IMG/VR virus record: IMGVR_UViG_3300026549_000080
Span: 3,431-67,430 of that record
Strand: one strand, 5' to 3'
DNA: 64,000 nucleotides
Origin: a virus
Lineage: Duplodnaviria > Caudoviricetes
In this document: one piece after another, positions 30,794 through 41,035 of the stretch
Layout of the letters: each line of letters begins with the position of its first letter
Position numbering within the stretch: the stretch's first letter is position 1
The notes under the pieces: generated by a model
The model's input: the letters and a program-made list of their open reading frames with translations, nothing else
What the model was told of the DNA's origin: nothing
Databases searched by the model: none
Program-made: the position numbers and the translations under genes

Positions 30794-33700
30794 ATGGATG
30801 GTAAATTTTTAATTACTTATAATGAGAATGGATTATATAGTTTTTATTCAGATGATAATGCTGAATATACTATAAACTTATCTACTTTTGGTACAAAAAT
30901 AGTTGCAGAAGAAATCTGGGAGAGCGATTATCCTGAATATTATGTAAGAGATATAGTAGATTCTAACTTAAAATTGAAAGATTTTGTTTTTAAGGGATTT
31001 TCAGAGAGTAGCAAAACCTTTGAGTTAGAAATAGAAGACTATATTATTTCATATTCTTCTGAAAATTCTTTTGCAACCATAGGTTCTAAAAAAATAGATT
31101 ATGAGTTTTTTATTAGCGATGGTAATGCTAGGATTGTTATTAATGGACCAGTTGAAGAAAATATTCAAGTACAGTTGGGATATTACTGTGCTTTACCGAT
31201 TATAGAGGGTCAAAGCTATGAGTTAACTATTAATAATGAAACGTTAACTGAGCAATGTAAACTGAAAAATAATACATTATATTTTGGAGATTATGTATAT
31301 TTTTTAGATGAAAATGAGGAGGTTGAGCCTGAAGAACCAGAGAGTGAAACAATAACAATTGATAGTAATTTATATAGCTCAATTGATAGTTACGTAACTT
31401 TTTCTTCAGAAAATGAAACTAAATATAAAATAGTTTTTTATAAGAGTGGAGAAACTGAAAAAAGTTACTTAATTTACTCAAAACAATTGATTAATGCAGA
31501 AACTGGAGCTGCATCAGCTTATGTAGGTAATCTTGATATATATGGTGGAGGAGAAGACACTGGAGAACCATTTTTTATAATAACCAATCAAGTAGAAGAA
31601 GGGTATGAATCTTTTATTTATGTTAGAGAGAGTGGTTCTTATATTTTAAAGATAGAATTATATGCTTTAAATGAAGTTCCTGCACTTGCTGGCGCCGCGC
31701 TTGTAAGTTTTGGGAAAAAAGTGGTAGATGGTGGAATAGAAAGCATAGAGAATAACTACGGCATTGGAATTAATAGTAGTGATCAGAACTTAACTTTACC
31801 ACAAAAAGCAATTAGCTTATTTGAAACAGAGCTTTTTAAGACTGGCGCCAATGAAGATAAAATTAAATTTAATTATCGAGGAATTTTAGGAACCCTGCCG
31901 CGCTTATCATCAGATAAGGTGTCAGATCTATATAATAATTATATGGAAGGCACTCAAGGTATTTATACAGATAACATTTATATAGGAGATAAAAATCAAT
32001 TTTTATCTTTTTATACTAAAAATGGTGGCAAAGAATTAAATATTCAAGCTAATAGACTTCTGTTTAATGCGGGTGGTTCTTATACAGATGTTGCTGAGAT
32101 AGAGAAAGCTGTTGACTCTAAAGATTGGCTTTCTTATAGGGAAACTGAAGATGAAAGCGTGATAGAGGGAAAAACATATTATATAAAGAGTATAGTTCCG
32201 GTAGGAGAGAATTTGTTAATTTATCCTTATAATGATACAGCTCTTTCCCCAAAAACAATGTCTGGAATTACTTATGTTGATAATGGAGATTTAACTATCA
32301 CTGCGAACGGAACTTCAAATAAAGATGGTAGTGATTTCAAATGTAGTGGTAGAAAACCTGAAGATATGCCTGAGTTAATTTTACCGAATGGTACTTATTG
32401 GGTTGATGGAAATCCTATAGCTGGAACAGATAATAATAATTATACTACGCGTATAAATGTAGGAGTTACCAAAAATAATAAATGGTCTACATTAGTATAT
32501 GATTATACAGAAGGTACAGGAGTTCAGTTTGAAGTAAATGGTGATGATTTTAGAACTGATTCTGCTAAGGTATCTGTGCAGGCAGCTGTAAAAAATTGGA
32601 CAACAGTGAATAATGTTGTTTTTAGACCAAGAGTTCGAGTTGTTGATATTATATATAATGAAGTAACTAATATTGAGCCTGGTGTCAATCCGTCTGAAGA
32701 AGGATGGTATGAATTGAAGAATGGTTCTTCTTCTATTTCTAATTATGTATCTACTCATTTAGAGATGAAGTCTGATGGATTGTATGTTACCAAGAGTGAT
32801 AGTGGATATAAGTTGAAGTTAGATGATTTAGGAGCTTATATTATAGATCCATCTGGAATTGATATGGCTACTTACTCGACTACAGTTACAATTGGAAATG
32901 AAAAATTACGAAATGTTTTTATTGATGAGGATTCGGTTGATATTCGTGATGCTAAAAAAGTTTTGGCATCTTTTGGAGAAACCTCAATCATAGGAGAAAA
33001 AGATGCGCATAGAGTAGAAATTTCAAGCTTATCTACTAAATTTTTTGATATAAATGGTTCTTTAATAGCAGAGCTTGCTCAAGGAGGCTCAACTGGACTA
33101 AAGTTTATAGAACAAGAATTAACAACCGGTGAAGTATTAGACGACGTAAATGGAGTTACATTCGATCTTTCAAATACCCCAATAGGCAATAATGGCCACG
33201 GTCTTATAGTGGATGTAAATATATGCGAGGATCATGCTCGAATCTGGTTTGAGTCTTGGACGAGAGGGCAGGTTAAAACTCTGACGCGTAACAATATAAC
33301 GGCTGTATTGGATTCGTCGGAAAACACAGTAAAACTCACATACTCCGGGACGAAGCAAAGCATAGCGCGCAAAGAAACATCCTCGGCCGGAAGCTCTTTC
33401 ACTCATACATTGGAGCATAACCCGGCCTCAAATTCGACGGCTATAATCACGCTGAGAAATACGAAATATGGATCGGTCTGGTATAGATTCCGGAATGTCG
33501 ACCTGACGCAGGATGTATCAGACTATTACGGACAGTTCCGGTTCACATATACTGCCGCTACAAGAACATTTACAGCCGTGAACGATCAGGGAACATCGTG
33601 CTACATCGAGATTGATTACGTGGCAGAAGCGAGTGTTATCGGAGCTGATTCATATATACGATATACAATGATAGGCGCTACTCCATATTATACTTTTGGA

Positions 33701-34459
33701 GATAGAACCGAAATGGACGCGAATCAGTCTCCGTACGCTCGAGGCGCAAGGTCGTTTGCGGCAGGATTAGGACTCGTCGCAGAATCAGAGAATCAGGCCG
33801 TATTTGGCCAGTATAACGACAACGATTCAAACAATCTTCTGGAGATCGGAAATGGCACATCAGATACAGACCGATCTAATGCTTTTGCCGTAGATCGGTA
33901 TGGAAATGTTGAGTTGGCCAGGGCCAAGGTCACCAGCCTTTCGGCCAGCGATAATGTCACGGCTTCTTATCTGTCCGCGCTCTATGACGGTAAATCTGTA
34001 GAGCTAGTAGTTAGTTCTGGTGGGACGTATCGTGGTGTATATATTCCGGATGTAGGTTGGATGATATATTATGATGGTACGAACACTCGAATTAAAAATC
34101 TTGCTGTAGATACCGATCCCTGCACCATCGCAAGTGGGTGGGCAAATTACACATCGGGGCAGAAACCCCTTTGTCGTAAACAGGGAAATGTTGTGACGTT
34201 CCTGTGGCAATGCAAGCCAACATCATCCAAAACAATTGATACAACAAGAACAACAGTATGCACTATACCGGAAAAATATCGGCCGCCAAGAATGGTTTCA
34301 ACACTTCAGCAAGGTACAGGAACACGTGTGTTTGAGATGAGTGTGCAGACAAATGGTGAGGTACAGGTAGCTCGGTTGAGGAATATGAACAGCACAAGTT
34401 ATGATACAGCGGACAGCTCATTCTGGTTTCCGCTTTATGCGACATGGATAGTGGAGTGA
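30794..34459 (+). CDS. tail fibre / receptor-binding protein (1221 aa)
   Basis: Mosaic beta-rich protein; YadA-like neck LEIGNGTS...RSNAF; C-terminal domain paralogous to next gene. Confidence 0.65.
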   Translation: MDGKFLITYNENGLYSFYSDDNAEYTINLSTFGTKIVAEEIWESDYPEYYVRDIVDSNLKLKDFVFKGFSESSKTFELEIEDYIISYSSENSFATIGSKKIDYEFFISDGNARIVINGPVEENIQVQLGYYCALPIIEGQSYELTINNETLTEQCKLKNNTLYFGDYVYFLDENEEVEPEEPESETITIDSNLYSSIDSYVTFSSENETKYKIVFYKSGETEKSYLIYSKQLINAETGAASAYVGNLDIYGGGEDTGEPFFIITNQVEEGYESFIYVRESGSYILKIELYALNEVPALAGAALVSFGKKVVDGGIESIENNYGIGINSSDQNLTLPQKAISLFETELFKTGANEDKIKFNYRGILGTLPRLSSDKVSDLYNNYMEGTQGIYTDNIYIGDKNQFLSFYTKNGGKELNIQANRLLFNAGGSYTDVAEIEKAVDSKDWLSYRETEDESVIEGKTYYIKSIVPVGENLLIYPYNDTALSPKTMSGITYVDNGDLTITANGTSNKDGSDFKCSGRKPEDMPELILPNGTYWVDGNPIAGTDNNNYTTRINVGVTKNNKWSTLVYDYTEGTGVQFEVNGDDFRTDSAKVSVQAAVKNWTTVNNVVFRPRVRVVDIIYNEVTNIEPGVNPSEEGWYELKNGSSSISNYVSTHLEMKSDGLYVTKSDSGYKLKLDDLGAYIIDPSGIDMATYSTTVTIGNEKLRNVFIDEDSVDIRDAKKVLASFGETSIIGEKDAHRVEISSLSTKFFDINGSLIAELAQGGSTGLKFIEQELTTGEVLDDVNGVTFDLSNTPIGNNGHGLIVDVNICEDHARIWFESWTRGQVKTLTRNNITAVLDSSENTVKLTYSGTKQSIARKETSSAGSSFTHTLEHNPASNSTAIITLRNTKYGSVWYRFRNVDLTQDVSDYYGQFRFTYTAATRTFTAVNDQGTSCYIEIDYVAEASVIGADSYIRYTMIGATPYYTFGDRTEMDANQSPYARGARSFAAGLGLVAESENQAVFGQYNDNDSNNLLEIGNGTSDTDRSNAFAVDRYGNVELARAKVTSLSASDNVTASYLSALYDGKSVELVVSSGGTYRGVYIPDVGWMIYYDGTNTRIKNLAVDTDPCTIASGWANYTSGQKPLCRKQGNVVTFLWQCKPTSSKTIDTTRTTVCTIPEKYRPPRMVSTLQQGTGTRVFEMSVQTNGEVQVARLRNMNSTSYDTADSSFWFPLYATWIVE

Positions 34460-34494
34460 TAAGTTAAAAATTATTAATAGTAAAGGAGGATTAT

Positions 34495-36492
34495 ATGTCA
34501 AAATTTTTAGATGATACCGGGTTGGCACATTTTTGGGGAAAAATTAAAACTTATGTTGCTAATTCTCAATTACAATGGACAAAAGATTATACTACTACTA
34601 ATAATAATGGTGTAATACAAAATGATCCAACAAACATTGCTAGTGGAGACAAAGCAGGTTCTCCAACTGGATATGCTTATGCTTCTGGATATAATACACA
34701 AGCATATGGCGCTCATTCACATACTGAGGGCGCAGGAACAAAAGTATATTCTCCCAATGGACATGCTGAAGGTAATACCACTACTGTTGGAGATTCAGAT
34801 AATCCAAGCGTTGCAAATGGCGGCCATGCGGAGGGAAGACTAAGTGTAGCTAAAGGCTCAGCGGCGCATGCTGAGGGGTATCAATCTTTTTCAACTGGAG
34901 AGGCTGGTCATTCAGAGGGGTATAAAACCTCTTCTTCTGGACGTGGCGCGCACGCCGAGGGAAGTAAGATTTATTATGACGGAAGTGCAGACGTATTACA
35001 TTCAGATGCAAACGCTAATTTGGCCTCTGGAGAAGCCAGTCACGTAGAGGGATATGGTACTTATGCTTCTGGACTTGGCGCTCATGCCGAAGGATGTTCT
35101 TCTGACTCAAATGTAAATACGGCTTCTGGTACAGGTTCTCACGCAGAAGGTTGTGATATTACTGCATCCGGTAACTTTTCTCATGCAGAGGGGTATGGAA
35201 CAACAGCAAGCGGTGGTAAGGCTCATGCTGAAGGAGTGCAAACAACGGCGAGTAGTGAAGGGGCGCATGCGGAAGGAAGATGGACAGAAGCTACCGCAGA
35301 AGGCGCTCATGCGGAAGGACAGGGTTCTAAGGCCTATGCGTTAAATTCTCATGTAGAGGGACAGGGATGTACTGTTCCAGTGACAGCATATAGGAGTCAT
35401 GCAGAAGGACATGAAACTACAGCTTCTGGAGTGGCAAGTCATGCAGAAGGATATAGAAGCACGGCTTCTAATGGTTATTCTCATGCTGAAGGTTATGGAA
35501 CTACAGCTGCTGGTCCAAAAAGTCATGCAGAGGGCGATCAAACAACGGCATCTGGAGAAGACTCTCATGCCGAAGGAGTTGGAACCACTGCCGGTGGCTG
35601 GGCGCATGCAGAGGGAATTCGTACTAAAGCAACAGGTTTTGCTTCCCATACAGGAGGACAAATAAGTGAAGCTTCTGGTAATAACTCCTTTGCACATGGT
35701 TTTGCAGCAGCAGCAACTGGAAATGCACAAACTGCAATAGGAATGGCTAATTTAAAAAATTCTAATTTTAGTTTTATTATTGGCAATGGAGAGGCGACTT
35801 CAGAAGAAGAACAAGATATTACTCGTTCAAATGCTTTTACTGTAGATTGGGATGGGTCTGCATCGGTTTGGAACGAATTTGTAAGAGATACGGGTGGAGC
35901 AACCAATAATGGATTTAATTTGGTTGATAAAAATGGAGACCCTTTTGCTTACATGAGTGGAAACTTCTACCGAGATAGTCAGAATAGAACTGTTGAGGGT
36001 TTTGAAGTTGGAACCTCACGAGAAGTAAATGATACAACAATAAAAAATTATATGCGGTTATATATAGATGCCGATGGTAATCCGATCGTAGCAATAAATC
36101 AACCAAATGCGTGGAAAAAAGCACTTAGTCTTTATGAGCCAACGCAGGTAAATTGTACTGTTGCTTCAGGATGGGAAAATTATACCTCTGGACAAGGCCC
36201 CATATTATTACGATATGGTAAAATTGTTACTTTTATGTGGCAATGCAAGCCAACAGCCAGTAAATTAATTGATGCAACTCGAACTACAGTATGCACAATA
36301 CCATCTGGATATAGACCAATAAGGATGTTCTCCACTGTTCAGCAAGGAACAGCTGCCAGAGTCTTTGAAATGTCAATTCAAACAAGTGGAGAAGTACAGG
36401 TTGCAAGACTTAGAACAACTAATAGTGTTAATTATGATACGGCAACAACAGATATGTGGTTCCCGTTATCTATGACATATGTAATTCCATAA
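34495..36492 (+). CDS. tail fibre with YadA-head-like (S/A)HAEG repeats
   Basis: More than 15 tandem ~14-aa xHAEGxxTxASG repeats; MSKFLDDTGLAHFW start; shared C-terminal domain. Confidence 0.75.
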   Translation: MSKFLDDTGLAHFWGKIKTYVANSQLQWTKDYTTTNNNGVIQNDPTNIASGDKAGSPTGYAYASGYNTQAYGAHSHTEGAGTKVYSPNGHAEGNTTTVGDSDNPSVANGGHAEGRLSVAKGSAAHAEGYQSFSTGEAGHSEGYKTSSSGRGAHAEGSKIYYDGSADVLHSDANANLASGEASHVEGYGTYASGLGAHAEGCSSDSNVNTASGTGSHAEGCDITASGNFSHAEGYGTTASGGKAHAEGVQTTASSEGAHAEGRWTEATAEGAHAEGQGSKAYALNSHVEGQGCTVPVTAYRSHAEGHETTASGVASHAEGYRSTASNGYSHAEGYGTTAAGPKSHAEGDQTTASGEDSHAEGVGTTAGGWAHAEGIRTKATGFASHTGGQISEASGNNSFAHGFAAAATGNAQTAIGMANLKNSNFSFIIGNGEATSEEEQDITRSNAFTVDWDGSASVWNEFVRDTGGATNNGFNLVDKNGDPFAYMSGNFYRDSQNRTVEGFEVGTSREVNDTTIKNYMRLYIDADGNPIVAINQPNAWKKALSLYEPTQVNCTVASGWENYTSGQGPILLRYGKIVTFMWQCKPTASKLIDATRTTVCTIPSGYRPIRMFSTVQQGTAARVFEMSIQTSGEVQVARLRTTNSVNYDTATTDMWFPLSMTYVIP

Positions 36493-36509
36493 AACAAGGA
36501 GGTAATTTT

Positions 36510-36728
36510 ATGTTTACAATTATTGAATTACAAACCACAGGAAACGAAACGGCTAGTTTAGTTCAGACTGCGTCAACTTTAAATGATGCTATGAGTAAGT
36601 ATCATTTAGTTCTTGCGTCCGCGGCAATTTCGCAGGTTGATTATCATGCTTGTACAGTTTTAAATGAAGAAGGGGTTGCCCTTGCAAGAGAAAGCTTTGT
36701 TCATACAGATCAAACACAATCTGAATAA
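36510..36728 (+). CDS. small protein, possible tail-fibre chaperone
   Basis: 72 aa after the fibres; start at ATG with GGAGG SD. Confidence 0.5.
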   Translation: MFTIIELQTTGNETASLVQTASTLNDAMSKYHLVLASAAISQVDYHACTVLNEEGVALARESFVHTDQTQSE

Positions 36729-36745
36729 AATAGATGGAGGTTATT

Positions 36746-37042
36746 ATGTCTAAGGAAACTAAAATTCAAACTGTAGCTGCCGCAATTGCTGCTTTACTTG
36801 GAATACTTAGAATGTTTGGTATCACTGCCGTAGAGGATGTTGCCCAAGATACAATTATAGCTTGGGCAACTGTAATAGTAGTGATTGGTACGTGGGCTTA
36901 TGCTTCTCATTATAAAAATAATGATTTTACAAAAGAGGCTTGTGAACACACTGGATTAATGAGATTAGCTAAAAAACGAAATAAAAATTTTATTGGAGAA
37001 AACTTCTTCGATGATCCAGAGATTGACGAGGAGGAAAAATAA
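36746..37042 (+). CDS. holin
   Basis: Two hydrophobic helices, KNNDFTKEA motif, directly upstream of endolysin. Confidence 0.75.
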   Translation: MSKETKIQTVAAAIAALLGILRMFGITAVEDVAQDTIIAWATVIVVIGTWAYASHYKNNDFTKEACEHTGLMRLAKKRNKNFIGENFFDDPEIDEEEK

Positions 37043-38508
37043 TGGGGTATATTACATATAAACAATACGATTCTCGATGGGGTAGTAAGAATTATAACGG
37101 TTCCTCATCTATGGCAACAGCGGGATGCGGTCCTACTTCAGTTGCAATGTTAGCATATGCTGTTGATGGAAAAACAACTCCCTGGGATGTTGCAAAATAT
37201 ATGAAAAAGCATGGATATGCTGTTTATGGAAATGGAACTGCTTGGAGTGGCATCCCCGCAGCAATGAAAGCTTTCGGACTTCAAGATGTTAAGAAAGTTG
37301 ACGTTGGAAGCTCAATGAATACTGTTTGGGAATATATGGCAAAAGGTTACTGTGCTGTATTTCTCTTTAGAGCTGGTAGTCGCGGCGGTGTTTGTTGGAC
37401 AACTGGTGGACATTATGTAGCGGTTACAGACTATAAAGTTCAGAATGGAAAACACTATCTTTATACTCGTGATTCTGGTGGCCGCAATCATACGGGATGG
37501 TATGCGTATGAAACTACAATGAGAGGTTTGATTCCTCAAGTTTGGGTCGGTAAGGTTGGTAATGTCAAGCCGTCACCTGCGCCCGCGCCAAAGAAGTCAA
37601 CTCCTAAGTGCGTTGATGTATCTGAACATCAAGACAAAATAAATTGGAAAAAAGTTAAAGCGGCTGGAATTAATTATGCGGTAATTAGAGCTGGCTACGG
37701 AAGAGGTAATATTGATAAACGATGGAAAGAAAACATAGAGGGAGCAATTAAAGCTGGTATCAAAAATATTGGTGTTTATTGGTTCTCTTATGCTTATACA
37801 AATACTATGGCTATAGATGAAGCTAAGTATGTATGTAATGCTTGTGCGCCATATAAATCAAAAATTAATATGCCTATTTTCTTTGATTATGAGTATGATT
37901 CTGCTAGATATGCTAGAGAACATAACGTAAGAGTTACTAAATCTCACGTAACAAGTTTGCATAAGATGTTTTGTGAAGAAGTTAAAAAAAGAGGATATAA
38001 AGTAGGTTATTATTATAACTATGATTATAAGAAAAATTACATTGACATTCCTTCACTTCCTTATTATGAGTGGTATGCACTTTATGATACCTCCGATCCT
38101 CAAAAAAACACCTACTTACAGCAATATTCAAGTGACGATAAAATAAGTGGAATTAGTGATAAGGTTGATATGAACTGGTTCTTTGGCGCGGCGCCGAAGA
38201 CAAAACCGTCTCCTACACCCACACCGTCTGGAAAGCTCGTTGTTGATGGTAAGATGGGAACGCAAACACATAAGGCAATTCAGAAATGGGTAGGCACCTC
38301 TCAAGATGGAAAGCTTGGACCAAAGACAATAATGGCTTTACAGAAAAAGCTTGGTGTTGCCCAGGATGGTAAGTGGGGTACTCAGACTACCAAGGCGCTT
38401 CAAAAGTTTTTAATGAAAAATGGATATAAAATAGTAAACGATGGAGTGCTTGGCTCCGCAACAATCAAAGCTTTACAAACCTATTTAAATAAGGTTGTTC
38501 TTAAATAA
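37042..38508 (+). CDS. endolysin: C39-like peptidase + GH25 muramidase + peptidoglycan-binding repeats
   Basis: GCGPTS...GGHYV...DS; DVSEHQ, IRAGYG, FFDYE, QYSS, VDMN; VDG.MG..T..A.Q repeats. Confidence 0.88.
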   Translation: MGYITYKQYDSRWGSKNYNGSSSMATAGCGPTSVAMLAYAVDGKTTPWDVAKYMKKHGYAVYGNGTAWSGIPAAMKAFGLQDVKKVDVGSSMNTVWEYMAKGYCAVFLFRAGSRGGVCWTTGGHYVAVTDYKVQNGKHYLYTRDSGGRNHTGWYAYETTMRGLIPQVWVGKVGNVKPSPAPAPKKSTPKCVDVSEHQDKINWKKVKAAGINYAVIRAGYGRGNIDKRWKENIEGAIKAGIKNIGVYWFSYAYTNTMAIDEAKYVCNACAPYKSKINMPIFFDYEYDSARYAREHNVRVTKSHVTSLHKMFCEEVKKRGYKVGYYYNYDYKKNYIDIPSLPYYEWYALYDTSDPQKNTYLQQYSSDDKISGISDKVDMNWFFGAAPKTKPSPTPTPSGKLVVDGKMGTQTHKAIQKWVGTSQDGKLGPKTIMALQKKLGVAQDGKWGTQTTKALQKFLMKNGYKIVNDGVLGSATIKALQTYLNKVVLK

Positions 38509-38519
38509 ATATTTTCTAA

Positions 38520-38546
38520 AAAGACTGCTAAAGCGGTCTTTTTTTA
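38520..38546 (+). terminator. intrinsic terminator of lysis operon
   Basis: AAAGACTGC-TAAA-GCGGTCTTT followed by T tract. Confidence 0.8.
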
Positions 38547-38608
38547 TTTGTCTTAACTTTTTGAACTAAAAAAGTTGAATCTCTTTATTAAAAAATCACT
38601 TAACTTAT

Positions 38609-38745
38609 GAACAAAGAAGTTCAACTTATTTCTCCTTATAGTTTAACTTTTTATTCTTTATAGTTGACGTTCTTTGTTCGTAAGTAACCAATAGGCACAA
38701 GATTTTTCATTTGAGCCTAGAGGTACTAATAATCTCTAGGCTCAA
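38609..38745 (+). promoter_or_regulatory. structured 5' leader of six-gene cassette
   Basis: 18-nt imperfect IR 38609-38626/38662-38679 and perfect 12-bp stem 38711-38722/38734-38745 just before AGGAGG SD. Confidence 0.55.
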
Positions 38746-38763
38746 TAATAAAAAGGAGGTCTT

Positions 38764-39141
38764 ATGTCTTATATTTATTATAATCCAAACCCTTTAAAAC
38801 TTTCAGTTGGTGATTGTACTATTAGAGCAATTTCACAAGCATTAAATATGTCATGGGAAAGAACTTACTTATCCTTAATGGTACAAGGTTATCATATGTA
38901 TGATATGCCATCAGCAAATAGAGTTTGGGGTCAGTTTCTAAAATTAAAAGGATTTAAGAAGTATCAATTACCAGATAATTGTCCAGATTGTTATACAATT
39001 AAAGATTTTTGTTATGATTATCCAGTAGGAACTTATGTAGTAGGAACGGGAGAACATGTAGTATGTATAAAGGATGGAAATTATTTTGATTCATGGGATT
39101 CTGGCAATGAAATACCAATTTATTATTTTAAGAGAGGTTAA
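38764..39141 (+). CDS. cassette gene 1, hypothetical (YNPNP...GDC..RA; possible Cys/His/Asp peptidase-like fold)
   Basis: 125 aa with GDCT, GEHVVC, DSWDS motifs. Confidence 0.7.
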   Translation: MSYIYYNPNPLKLSVGDCTIRAISQALNMSWERTYLSLMVQGYHMYDMPSANRVWGQFLKLKGFKKYQLPDNCPDCYTIKDFCYDYPVGTYVVGTGEHVVCIKDGNYFDSWDSGNEIPIYYFKRG

Positions 39142-39146
39142 AGAAT

Positions 39147-39554
39147 ATGGCAGGTTATAATAATTATTTTCCGCAGAGTTATATGAATACGATGTATGGA
39201 TACAGCGGTGGTGTCGCTCCAGCGCAGACAACAACTCCGTCGATGGCTACACAAGGACAGCCCGGCGCCATCAACTGGGTTCAAGGTGAAGCAGGAGCGC
39301 GGTCAGTCCCCGTTGCGGCAGGACAAAAAGTTTTATTAATGGACAGTGAGAACAACGTATTCTATGTAAAGTCTTCTGACCCATCTGGTATGCCACTACC
39401 ATTAAGAATATTTGAATATAAAGAGATAGCTGAATCAGTAGAAGAAGTGGCTCCGGCGCAGAGTGAGTACGTCACTCACGAAGAACTTAAACAAATACTT
39501 TCTGACTTGAAGCCAGCTCAAAAGGAGGAAAAACAAAATGAATTCCTTATTTAA
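39147..39554 (+). CDS. cassette gene 2, hypothetical
   Basis: 135 aa, low-complexity N-terminus, WVQGEAGA...LMDSE..FYVK. Confidence 0.7.
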   Translation: MAGYNNYFPQSYMNTMYGYSGGVAPAQTTTPSMATQGQPGAINWVQGEAGARSVPVAAGQKVLLMDSENNVFYVKSSDPSGMPLPLRIFEYKEIAESVEEVAPAQSEYVTHEELKQILSDLKPAQKEEKQNEFLI

Positions 39555-39732
39555 TGACTTTAATGCAAATAAAATTAATAATTTTTTAAACCAATTCAAT
39601 CAATTTCGTTCTACTTTTAGTGGAAATCCAGAACAACAGGTTAAACAACTTATCAGTTCTGGTAAAATGAGTCAAGAACAATTCAATCAATTTGCTCAAA
39701 CTGCAAATCAATTGCAAAAATTAATTAAGTAA
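39538..39732 (+). CDS. cassette gene 3, N/Q-rich small protein
   Basis: 64 aa, overlaps upstream gene. Confidence 0.65.
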   Translation: MNSLFNDFNANKINNFLNQFNQFRSTFSGNPEQQVKQLISSGKMSQEQFNQFAQTANQLQKLIK

Positions 39733-39784
39733 CTAAAAGTCTTGTGTCTATCTAATTATAATAATTTATATGGAGGTAGACAAT

Positions 39785-40558
39785 ATGTCTTTAACAAGTG
39801 AAGGAATGGGCGCTGCCGATCTGGCAGCTATTCTTGGAGAAAACAACAATGGTTGGGGCGGAGGAAGCGCCTGGTGGTTAATTATCCTTTTCCTGTTTAT
39901 GTTCAACGGAAACTGGGGAAATGGTGGTTATGGTAGTGGTGGAGTTGGCTCCGAAGTTCAAAGGGGGTTCGACCAGTCGGCAGTTATGAGTGGATTAGCT
40001 GGTATCAATTCAACTTTAACAAGTGGATTTGTTGATACTGCGGCCGCACTATGTAATGGTTTTGCGGGTACTAACGCCGCAATTTCCAACGGATTTGCTC
40101 AGGCTGAAATAGCTGCAAACTCACGTCAAATGGCTGATATGAATCAAGCTTTTGCTCTTCAGTCTCAGTTAGCTCAGTGTTGCTGTGATAACAGACTCGC
40201 AAGCGCAGATTTAAAGTACACTATTGCAACAGAGAACTGTGCAGATAGAACAGCTTTAAATGAAGGCGTCAGAGACATTTTAGAATCTCAGAACAATGGA
40301 ATCCAGAGAATTCTTGATACGATGTGTCAAGATAAGATTGACGCCAAGAACGAGAGAATTGCTGACCTTGAGCGCCAGCTGACAATGGCTAGCTTAGCTG
40401 CTTCACAGGGCGCGCAGACAGCTGCAATAATCGCAAACAATGAAGCACAGACAAATGCTCTTGAGCAATATCTTGCTCCTGTACCTCGTCCAGCTTATAT
40501 TGTAGACAATCCTAATGGATGTAACTGCAATACAAATGGATGCGGGTGTGCGTTTTAA
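39785..40558 (+). CDS. cassette gene 4, Gly/Asn-rich membrane segment + coiled coil with CCC motif
   Basis: WWLIILFLFMF, QCCCDNR, C-terminal GCNCNTNGCGC; start moved to SD-preceded ATG. Confidence 0.7.
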   Translation: MSLTSEGMGAADLAAILGENNNGWGGGSAWWLIILFLFMFNGNWGNGGYGSGGVGSEVQRGFDQSAVMSGLAGINSTLTSGFVDTAAALCNGFAGTNAAISNGFAQAEIAANSRQMADMNQAFALQSQLAQCCCDNRLASADLKYTIATENCADRTALNEGVRDILESQNNGIQRILDTMCQDKIDAKNERIADLERQLTMASLAASQGAQTAAIIANNEAQTNALEQYLAPVPRPAYIVDNPNGCNCNTNGCGCAF

Positions 40559-40572
40559 GGAGGTAGGATACA

Positions 40573-41025
40573 ATGGCAGAATATTTAGCTAATGCGATTC
40601 AGTTGGTTGAACTTAATCAACCTATCGACTTTACTTCTTCTATTCCCTGTCCTCGGAGAAATGTGATTCACGAAGATGGTACTGGAATTTTTATTCTGCG
40701 TGGTAATTCTACTGGTTGTTTTGCAAGGTATCAAATTACTTTTAATGGTAATATAGCTGTACCTGAAGGCGGAACCGTTGGTCCAATTGCTGTTTCAATT
40801 GCGGCCAACGGCGAGGCCCGCACAACAAGCAGAGCAATTTTTACTCCCGCCGCAGTAGAAGAATATGGAAACGTAACATCCACAGCTATCATAACTGTAC
40901 CAAAAGGATGTTGCTTCTCTGTTAGTGTTCGTGCGGTAAGCGGATTAGTAGATGACGCAGCTGGTACACCAGCCCCATCAATTAACGTAACTAATTCTAA
41001 TTTAGTAATCACAAGAATCGCATAG
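40573..41025 (+). CDS. cassette gene 5, beta-sandwich (BclA-C/TNF-like) protein
   Basis: 150 aa all-beta pattern ending NSNLVITRIA; fold assignment is inference. Confidence 0.55.
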   Translation: MAEYLANAIQLVELNQPIDFTSSIPCPRRNVIHEDGTGIFILRGNSTGCFARYQITFNGNIAVPEGGTVGPIAVSIAANGEARTTSRAIFTPAAVEEYGNVTSTAIITVPKGCCFSVSVRAVSGLVDDAAGTPAPSINVTNSNLVITRIA

Positions 41026-41035
41026 GAGGTTTGAA

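Noticed and set aside
30788-30796. Nonsense mutation or read-through splitting one giant tail gene (the two ORFs are in frame, separated by TAA AAA)
   Set aside because: A GGGAG SD precedes the second ATG at normal spacing, so two genes is the simpler reading; cannot be excluded without homologues.
34700-35700. CRISPR array or DNA tandem repeat (recurrent CATGCnGAnGG)
   Set aside because: Repeats are in-frame HAEG codons of a YadA-like fibre, with no identical repeats or unique spacers.
30794-36492. Diversity-generating retroelement acting on the duplicated fibre tips
   Set aside because: No reverse transcriptase in the window, and the two copies differ at all base types rather than only at adenines.
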